Notes under the pieces: model-generated
The model's input: only the letters and a program-made list of their open reading frames with translations
What the model was told of the DNA's origin: nothing
Database searches by the model: none
Translations under genes and position numbers: made by a program
Shown here: in pieces, positions 55,603 to 64,000 of the stretch
Layout: each line of letters begins with the position of its first letter
Numbering within the stretch: the first letter of the stretch is position 1
Assembly: GCA_023515795.1 (NCBI GenBank)
Contig: JALGPX010000001.1
Span: 62,001-126,000 of the forward strand
Direction of reading: 5' to 3'
Source of the DNA: Amoeboaphelidium occidentale
Lineage: Eukaryota
Length of the DNA: 64,000 nucleotides

Positions 55603-55957
55603 TCTGCGATTGTGACGTCTTTTTGATGAAAAGAAGGAAGGTTGAGGTGTATCAACTTTAAAGAAACTGAAATTTATTACTTAGCCAGGATGTTAGTTTC
55701 GGAACAGCACATCGCTGATCTTGATGTTTGAAGTATCTCTTAAAAGTAGGTTCGATCCTGACGATACCTCCATTAGGAAGCCACGGCAATGATAATTGAA
55801 CAAGGCCTTCGTTTTGTAGTCTTACTGTATCGCCCTAAAACGGAGAGTTTGAGCTTCTTATTTAAAGCAGGACAAGACTTTGTGGCGCAGTAACGGCGAT
55901 CATTTGCGCCAACCCGTCGGTTCAGTATGGCAAAATGTTTTCTAAAGAAGAAACATA

Positions 55958-56464
55958 ATGAACAGTGAAGAAGACGTGAAAGAATATTTGAAACGTAACC
56001 CGCCGTATTGGTGTTCTAAGTATCCGAAGCTCGTGGCTGAGGAATGGCATGTGAATTTCCCGTCGTCTCAAGATGGGATCGGAGATTTAGTTTTCTCCGA
56101 CGCGTCGGAATCTAAGTATTTGGTTGTAGAGGTGAAATATCTCAATCCCAGATCAGGCGGAACGGCTAGGGCTTCTCGTAATTACGCTCGCCAGAAAGTA
56201 GAAGAGCAAGCGAAACGTTATGGAAAAGAGTGGGCGCGTAGATGTACAGGAAAAGAAGTCAAGGCTTGTGGATATTTGCATGCAGATACTCCGGAGTTGG
56301 CTGGTCCTTGGCTTATCCAAGAAGCTACTCAGGCAAGACCTTTGCAAACTGAACAGGATGCAGGTCAAGGATGGTTATTTAGTGCCATCGCTGGAGTAGC
56401 AGCCGTAGCAGCAACTACTTATCTGGCGAACGAATATACAAACAGGCAACAAAGAAGAAATTGA
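55958..56464 (+). CDS. Small PD-(D/E)XK restriction-endonuclease-fold protein with C-terminal hydrophobic helix
   Basis: SEEDV...EEWHV...GIGDLVF...YLVVEVK...EQAKRY; tail WLFSAIAGVAAVAATTYLA. Confidence 0.7.
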   Translation: MNSEEDVKEYLKRNPPYWCSKYPKLVAEEWHVNFPSSQDGIGDLVFSDASESKYLVVEVKYLNPRSGGTARASRNYARQKVEEQAKRYGKEWARRCTGKEVKACGYLHADTPELAGPWLIQEATQARPLQTEQDAGQGWLFSAIAGVAAVAATTYLANEYTNRQQRRN

Positions 56465-56581
56465 AGTTAAATTCTTTGCAGAATAATGCTGATATGCGTA
56501 AACATGAAGTACAATAAAGAATCTCGTCTGTTTCAACAGAGTCTTGCTGTGAGTCAAACTTCTCGTTCAAACAGTGTCAGA

Positions 56582-57297
56582 ATGCTCAGAATCAACAGCG
56601 GACAACAAGCGAGCAGTAGCAGCAATAGCCTTTTGGGAGTTCGGGAGACAAAAGAGAATAAAAACCGAAAGGAAATTGGAAAGTACGGCAAATGGACTGT
56701 TTCATCTTGTAAATCTGGATTCGGTGCAACTTTGTTACGGGATGGAAACTTGACGACGTTTTGGCAGTAAAATTCTTTAGCGCTTTTGGTCAGCTAACTT
56801 ATCATGTAAAGATCGGATGGCCCACAGCCTCATTTTATAAATGTTCAGTTCCAAAAGAAGATAAACTTGGGCGTAACCATTCTTCATGAGTTTGCGCTGA
56901 TCATGTAGACAGTTTCACTGTATTTGGACTATAAACAGGATGAAAGTTATACACCCAACAAGATTCTTATAAAAGCTGGGACAGATCATCGTAATGCTCA
57001 TGTAATTTCGAGCTCTGTGAGTGTTAGTTCTAATTGAACAATTAGGAAATCACGACGGTTGAGTTACAAGAACCGATCGGATGGCAGGACATCGACCTAC
57101 GAGTAGATGACGGAGATGAAGGAGAAGGTAGTGAACCTTTACAAGCGCACTTTGTTCAGATTTCCATTTTGACGAACCATCAGAATGGTAAAGATTCGCA
57201 CGTTCGACAAGTGAAAATCTACTCGCGAGATTCTGACTCTGAGAATATGGAAACACCACAAACGATGGAATTTCAGCATTTTTCCGTTATGCGGTAA
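56582..57297 (+). CDS. APC10: APC/C subunit Apc10/Doc1 (introns 56767-56811, 56873-56908, 57002-57045)
   Basis: [15 protein letters not shown]...TFWQSDGPQPH...DESYTP...[13 protein letters not shown]-terminal MR (IR-tail-like). Confidence 0.93.
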
Positions 57298-57331
57298 AAT
57301 AGAATTCATTGATTATTTTGTTGCATGCGAT

Positions 57332-58418
57332 TTAAATACTCTTTGGATACGGAACCAAATTAACTGCTGAAACAACTCTGACCCGGTTATCATCATCTTC
57401 AAAAGTAACAGAGTACAGATACGATGGCTTTTAAAGATAAGATTTAAGGTAAACTGCGCTGAAAGATACCTTTGAAGCTGGTTCTACGACAATACCCTTG
57501 TAGAAGCAACTGGTATCAGGATACAATGCCAAAACTTCTGAGCCTGCTGGTAATACTTTGTCTGTAATTTTCCCTAGAGGTATCAGTGAGCTCAATGCCA
57601 GAATGTATTTTCTAGAGACATAGATTAGCAACTACACCACGACAATACTAAATCATACTCCTGAACAGCTTCATTCTCAAAATCAACTTCAGCATCTTCA
57701 ACTTCGTAAACATCTGGATTCTCAGATAAAAGCCTTCTAATAGTAGCCAGTATCCACATTGTCTGGCCTTCTTTTTCGACGCGAGCAACAACTTGTTTTC
57801 CTGATTCCAGTTTCGACGTAGATTCAGATTTCTGTGGCACAACAGAGGGTGCACCAACAGATGCAGACGCATAAGGTCCAGTAGGCAATGGTCCAGCTGT
57901 TTTACCTGAAACGCTTTTGGATACCGGCTTTTCTGGTTCAGTTTTACGCTTCTTACGTTTTGCCTCTACGAGATATGATCAGTATTCATATCGGCAACAC
58001 ACGAACAAACCTTCATGATCATCCACTGCACTCAACACCTCTGCCTCAAAACGTTGGTACATCAACAGCTTCTCTTGTATCTGAGCAATCAGTATTGCTT
58101 GTTGCTTGGCATTATCCAGAAATACTTGATAAGCTTTTTTGCACTTCTTTACATTTTTCACATTTAATCCTGAAGCATAAAAGGCATTAGGAATATTAGT
58201 GATCATTTACCAGTAGCCCTTCCAGTCTTTTGAATTTTAGTATGTATTTTGTTGATCGAAGCGCTGTGCGCTAGCTCCGCTTTCTTGAGCTCATTAAAAG
58301 ATTTTAGCATTAATGTTATTTCCGCCCATTCCTTTCGTTTCCTCTCTGTTTGCTCCGTATTTGCGCTGTCCGTAGAGGATTCAGCCTGTCGCTTTTTCTC
58401 TGGGGATTTGGATGCCAT
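57332..58418 (-). CDS. SGF29: SAGA subunit Sgf29 (coiled coil plus tandem Tudor), multi-exon
   Basis: QVVAR...WILA...YEVED; GSEVLALYPDTSCFYKGIV; FEDDD; exact exon borders not all resolved. Confidence 0.85.
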
Positions 58419-58659
58419 CGGCTGATTCGACAAGGAAATTCCGCAGAAGTTGTCGATCCTTGTTTGAAATTGGCTAAGGAGAGTATCATGTGAATTACTG
58501 CTTAGCTTTCGTGTTAATTTAGGCTTCGGTGTGTCCCGTGGAAGATTTACTTGTGACGTTTGATAGGCGTTAATTGGAGGCTCTTGGTTGGATGCAGATT
58601 GCAACCACAATCACATAACCAAGCCAATCAGTTGTGTCCAGATAGAAGTTCTTCATAAA

Positions 58660-59277
58660 ATGAAAACATTCCTGGTATATTTCGCGTGTTTAGTTTCTGT
58701 CGTTTTTGCTAATTCAAGTGGTTCTCCTATTTGTGTTGATGATGCCTCAGCTATGGAAGGCGGTATGGGAAAGGTCCCAACTGAGTTTGCCAAGACCAAG
58801 GCCACATGGAGTGCTTCAAGCCTTAATTACACTGTAGGACAGAATATCAGCTTGAGAATGAGAAGTGACGCGATTCCGAGATCTTTCAAGGGATTGTTGC
58901 TGTTTGCTCAAACAGAAAACAAGACTTATGTTGGTAAATGGACAGCACCTCCTGGTTTCAAGCATTTGGATGATCAGTGTAAAGATAAAGGCGGCGCAGG
59001 AAGTACTCTTTCTCATGATGGTGAAGCGCTAAAGAACAGCACGATGATCTTTACTTGGGTCGCTCCAGATAAACCACAAGGTCCTGTTGAGATTCGTGGT
59101 ATTGTTGTATTTGGCGAAAAAGATCAATGGTTGGTATTTGACCCATTGAAAATTGATGGCCCTAAAGCTGAGGCAAAGTCTGATAAAGATGCCAAAAGCA
59201 GCAATGATGGAAACAAGTTGATGTTACAATCTGTTCTCTTTGCGCTAGTGTTCTCAATTATAATAAAGTTATGGTAA
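58660..59277 (+). CDS. Secreted, probably GPI-anchored Reeler-domain protein
   Basis: Signal peptide, NSSGSPIC, FKGLLLFA, VGKW, TLSH, FTWVAP; hydrophobic C-terminus. Confidence 0.85.
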   Translation: MKTFLVYFACLVSVVFANSSGSPICVDDASAMEGGMGKVPTEFAKTKATWSASSLNYTVGQNISLRMRSDAIPRSFKGLLLFAQTENKTYVGKWTAPPGFKHLDDQCKDKGGAGSTLSHDGEALKNSTMIFTWVAPDKPQGPVEIRGIVVFGEKDQWLVFDPLKIDGPKAEAKSDKDAKSSNDGNKLMLQSVLFALVFSIIIKLW

Positions 59278-59289
59278 TTTCACGAAAAT

Positions 59290-61042
59290 TTATTTAGCAT
59301 TCTTCAAAGAGTCAACGTAAATCCATTCCAATGCTCTTGCTGGCGAGATCAACTTACAATAATGGAAACCAGCAGCCAATGGAATGATATAATCAGTTGG
59401 CGTTCTCATATTTGGAGACAAAACATTGAAAGCAACCAATTTTCCATCATGAGCAGAGTATTTCTTGAATTCAAGAGACTTCCAAATCCATTGAACACCG
59501 CCTAGAATGTCAGAACAAACATTCAACAAAACTTACCGACATAAGGACCCAAATCTTTACCGAAAGTTAGCATTGCACCTTTAGTAAAGTATCTTTTTAG
59601 TGCTGCAGCATCTGCAATGTTTAGCGCGTAATCAAAAGCAACTTGGTTCAATTCAGCGCAGAAAGTATCATAATCATCAGTTGCTGTGAAGTTTACATTC
59701 TTTTCACCTGAAGCTTCAAGCATGGCCTGTCGCGATGATAATTTCACCTTCATTTCTGAACTTGCAGTCAAATCGAATCCAGTGTCAATGCCATTTAAAA
59801 GGCCATACTTCAATTCAGTGACAGTTTCTGATCTGACAACACAATTAGGGTCATTCTTTTCACACTTTGCATTAAACTTTGGCAAGTGGAATGGAATCTT
59901 CCAAACTTTGAAAAAGCTATCTTCAACAATAGGTGATACTGAAAGATTTGAAACAAGTTTTTGAATATGCTCGGTCCACTCGCATCCTTTCCAACAATCA
60001 GTCCCTGCAGGAACGTCACTACAAGCTGGCTTCAAATTATAAGAACCTTCCAATAGAAGAGCGTCAACAATCGGCTGGTAGTATCCCTTAGATTGTTCGT
60101 GCTCAGCCAATAAATCTGATCTTGCGCGTAAAGACTCAAAAGATGATCTATCAGAAACTTGGTAAACAATAAAGTTCGAAATCACAGAGGATAAATAATC
60201 TGATGAAGCTTCTTCTGTAATTTCAGGCTCCAAATCATTTAAATTAACAAAAAAACCGCTCTTTCCGTGAACAAAGGACTGATGACTTCCACCACGCATA
60301 ACAAAAACAGGATGTCTTAGAATAGATTCTTCATCAGTAACACCATTCAAGTAATACCAGAATGTCTCTGCCACTCTAGTGATACGATATAAGCCATCCA
60401 ATTCAGCTCCAACTGTTAGCGATGGAAGATTAGCAACAAAATTGTCAGTCGAGTTTCTGTACTTGCGACCCAAAGAAGCTCCAAAGAACATCAGGCCAGC
60501 GACATTGTGCTTTAAAATTGGACTTTCTTTGTCATCAGTAACAGCAGCATTTCTCTGTACTCTGAATGAGTTTGACAGCAATGCGTTGTTTTTGAATAAG
60601 CCACCAAAAACCTCTTGCATGGAAGCACCACCACGTGAATGCCCAGCGTAGAAAACAATCATTTTATCATCTGCACCAGCCAATGCACCATCTTTAATCA
60701 TTTCCTCTTGCGCTGCAACCAGAGCACTCTCAATTGCAGAGCGAACTTGCTGAGAAAGTGCCCAAACGTTAAAAGTGAACTTTGGCACAACAGACCAAAG
60801 ACGAACGCCAGACTCAGCTGCAGCCTTCTGTGCCTTTGAAATTTTCACTTCGTATTGCTCAGGCGAAACTATGAAGTTAGAACAATGTCGCGATAATCAG
60901 GAAAAGCTTTACCAAGAACACCCGGAACGTAAACCAATAAAACATTCTTTCCTTCAGCCGCTGTTGCTGGTGGCTTCAGAATTAAGTGTGCGCTGATGGA
61001 ATAACAAAGTGCGCTGAGAAGGATGAGAACTTTGAGAAACAT
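59290..61042 (-). CDS. Secreted alpha/beta-hydrolase-fold protein, multi-exon
   Basis: Signal peptide MFLKVLILLSALCYSISA; GHSRGG nucleophile elbow, GAELDG, GGSHQSF; last exon ...HYCKLISPARALEWIYVDSL. Confidence 0.82.
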
Positions 61043-61289
61043 TGAAGAGAATCAATGGGAAATTACGCGCTATAAAGATCTGCGCTAAAAACTGACGTCA
61101 GCCTCTCCACAAAATCCAAAACATGTCGCAGAATTCTGGCGCACTCCGCATTGTTCGAAGTGTTTGAGAGTCTGCGCATTCAAATTACCGATGCCTCGGG
61201 ACTTGTATCTCCGATTCAAACAAGTTAGAACATAGGCCTCCTGCCTTATGTTTATTTCGTGTTGTTGACTTCAGGCGCTTTACTCACTC

Positions 61290-61865
61290 CTCTGGATAAA
61301 TCTTTCTCAATTAAGCTGACCTGACTTTTAAGTTCTAAATGTTCCATATGGACAACATCCTACAAAGTTAACAATGCGACAATAAAGAAAATCCCAATTA
61401 CGATTGACTTTATCAAATTCTTTCTTAATTCCTCAATGTCCTGCTTATAAGCTGCAATTCGTTTCAATTCTTCCAATTCCTTTTGCACAGCGTCGACTTT
61501 CTGTAGCTGAGCTTTGACCTTTACAAAAATGTTAAGACACACTGATTCTCCTTATCAGGAATAATAACCTTTTCGACTGAACGATCCACAGAGTCCACAG
61601 AAGAAATTAGCGTCAGGGCCTGGCGTTGGTATTCATCCAAAAGATACCAAAAACTAGAAGCTCCTGCAGCAGATAACCCAAGAAGGAAACCAACAAGTGT
61701 GCCCACTATTGCTCTTCCAGTTGACCTTTTGTAAACAACTCTGGTTGGTGCAACAGGCAGAGTGGAAGCCTCAGTTGCTGCTGTCGTTGAGGCTGTTGAC
61801 ATTTTCCTGTTAAATGGTGTCCTTGCGAAAGGTATCGTGCTGAACTTACGGACGCTTCTAAACAT
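61290..61865 (-). CDS. Hypothetical mitochondrial-type single-TM coiled-coil protein, multi-exon (3' end uncertain)
   Basis: Presequence-like MFRSVRKFS, TM GTLVGFLLGLSAAGASSFWYLL, coiled coil; introns ~61519-61568 and ~61360-61401. Confidence 0.6.
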
Positions 61866-61913
61866 TCCCAATCTCAATAAAAAGGAGTTCCTGCACGAGA
61901 TTTCTATTCCGTT

Positions 61914-62977
61914 TTAACGTTTCACCCATTGGAAATTAGCACGGGCGCTTGGTTGACCAGGCTTCTTTCTTTCCCTCTGCTTTAAATTTGGTCTTATTAA
62001 GTTCACTACAGAGTTACAATCAATCGAATCAAGTAACGAAGCATTACCATCATTTAACCATTTCTCTAGACCAGGATCAAATATCAACAGTCCATTAGCA
62101 ATACCATTCGCAACAGCATCAGCCACAGCTAATAATCAGTTTCCTACTTAACTGCGCATAAAAGTTTACCTTGATCTCCTTTGGCATTAGGCACTGATGT
62201 TTCTATGGTGCACCAAGCATTATACTTTCCAAGTGTATCAGTGACTTCGTATGGTAGAATAACAGCTTCTCTGTGACAGAATCTTTCAAAGTAATCCACG
62301 AAATCTTTACCGTCAATAAATACTTTTCCCTCGCCGTGATTCTTTGCTTCTGTTAGCCAAACATGTGCACAAACTCTTCTTCGGTAACCAACAGCGTAAC
62401 CTCTTCCTTTATCATCCAATAAAGTATGCGTAACAGCTTCTTCTAGTTTAGCATCAACAGCACGGAAATCCTCCAACATTTCATTCAGTCTTGCATCACT
62501 AACAACTCTCTGCGCCAAAGCCAAACTATTCAATTTGCTAATGATTTCCTGATACTCTTCAGAAGCGATTTTAGTTTGCCATGTTGCGCTCAATTGTTTA
62601 TCTGAAGCCCAGCGTGGATACTTGATTGCTTGTCCAAGAGCATTAACTAGAGGTGCTCTCAGGATTTCCTTTGAATACTTTCTCAGATAGAAATCCAATT
62701 CATAAAGCGTATCGTGTATAATTGGCCTTCCGGTAAAATATGATGGTGAAAGCGATTTCTTGAGCTGCTGCTGCTGTTGTCCCGATGATGATCTTTGTGT
62801 CTTATTGTATGCATCCGCTTTGAACGATGTCTCGTAAGATTTCGCGCCTATTCGTGTGTAAAAGTCGTGCGGGTCGATATCAGGCGTGGCAGTAGAGAAT
62901 GCTGCAGCAGAGGTACGCCTTAATGAGAGGCTTTTTAACTGCCGCGATATCTTTTGGCCAAATGATACAGACAGCAT
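61914..62977 (-). CDS. MRPS9: Mitochondrial ribosomal protein uS9m (intron ~62130-62169)
   Basis: YAVGYRRRVCAHVW, RERKKPGQPSARANFQWVKR. Confidence 0.92.
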
Positions 62978-62995
62978 TGCGCAAAATTCAAGAAT

Positions 62996-63595
62996 CTATT
63001 TCAATTTCAAAGCTGCTCCTTCGATATTCTTCACAGCGCTCTTAATTTCTTGCAACTCCATTAGAATAGCTTCATTGGATGAAGAAACGTTGGAAGATGT
63101 TGGAGCGCTACGGACAATTTTTACTCCGGACATTCCATCGTGAGCTGCAGAATGATGACCGTAAACCAGGGCATCACGCTGATCAAGAATAGCCTGTTTA
63201 ACCTCCTCAGGATTAACAGGGCCATACAAAATCAATTCCGGAAGTCCGTTGGGTCCGGAATTACCTGCGGTTTCTACTTGAAGGTTCTTCTGACCAAAGT
63301 GTCTCGATACTGGATCAGCCACCAACTTCATATCCTGGATTCTGTCCAAAGGAATCGTACGCTCTTCTTTGGTGAAAATCCCAGTGTTGACCTTCAAGTG
63401 TTTATCAGTTAGAACGGCCTTTTGTGCTTTCGTATACTGTTGGGCAAAGTGTGGTATGCAAGGCAAGCAGACTATTCCAGCGCCGGTTGCAATAGCGAGA
63501 AAGCTCCAAATGCAGCATACTGGATACCAAGAATCTTCAGAGAATTGAACTTCCATGATTCTGACATCTTTTTCAATCAGTTTTTCTTCTGTCAT
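62996..63595 (-). CDS. bPH_2 (YdbS/DUF304-like bacterial PH) domain membrane protein
   Basis: TM/Cys-rich segment, then LTDKHLKVNTGIFTKEERTIPLDRIQDM....P..R.FG...LQVETAG. Confidence 0.82.
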   Translation of the reverse strand: MTEEKLIEKDVRIMEVQFSEDSWYPVCCIWSFLAIATGAGIVCLPCIPHFAQQYTKAQKAVLTDKHLKVNTGIFTKEERTIPLDRIQDMKLVADPVSRHFGQKNLQVETAGNSGPNGLPELILYGPVNPEEVKQAILDQRDALVYGHHSAAHDGMSGVKIVRSAPTSSNVSSSNEAILMELQEIKSAVKNIEGAALKLK

Positions 63596-64000
63596 CCTTG
63601 AGATTAGCCAAGAGTTCAGATATTAGCTAGAGGTTTAGAGTTTGGCTTTCTAGAAAACCTTGATAGTTCTGGATTCCTAAGAGGGTTTCTATGATCAACT
63701 ATTTGTAGAGCGCAAGGTACAATATTTTATATATAAGCAGTTGTCAACCTTGATCTAAGAAACAGTCCTTAATACACTCAGCAGAAGAAGAAAAATCAGT
63801 CACTTTTTATGAGCAACTAATGTCACGAAAACACCTTAGCAACCATGGATAACGGTCCAAACAACCAATCATCCTGCAAATACGCCAACACACAGTCATT
63901 TCGCTCGACGAGATCGTCCCAGCCCCAAAAACGTGTAAAGCCCCGAAGTCTATGAGACAAGTAAAACTTTTTAATTCAGCATAAGATGACGTGGAACATT

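Noticed and set aside
55644..55772. Functional tRNA gene
   Set aside because: T-stem, D-arm and anticodon arm do not pair properly; kept only as a low-interest finding
1..64000. Stop-codon reassignment, CRISPR arrays, rRNA
   Set aside because: Conserved genes end at TAA, TAG and TGA at expected positions, internal stops are explained by introns, and no repeat-spacer array or rRNA motif was seen

Overview
Very gene-dense eukaryotic DNA (roughly 40% GC by eye, standard code) with about 38 protein-coding genes, GT-AG introns mostly 34-54 nt, and many intergenic gaps of only 3-120 bp. Gene content (Vts1, Dbf4, Jsn1/Puf, Psd2, Rib4, Sgf29, and a cilium-associated TOGARAM-like gene) suggests an early-diverging, probably zoosporic fungus or relative such as an aphelid or rozellid; this is inference. 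Most genes are housekeeping. The main unexpected feature is a ~450 bp insertion right after the RPC1 stop codon. It carries the C-terminal remnant of a Fanzor/TnpB RNA-guided nuclease, followed by a hairpin-rich segment where an omega-RNA would be expected and a CACTA-like terminus, and is flanked by an 11-bp direct repeat. Other accessory items are a doubly frameshifted papain-like peptidase gene, a small PD-(D/E)XK nuclease with a C-terminal hydrophobic tail, bacterial-like bPH_2 and TolB-amidohydrolase genes, and secreted proteins. Two N-adjacent duplications look like haplotype or assembly artefacts. All family calls come from motif recognition, not database searches.
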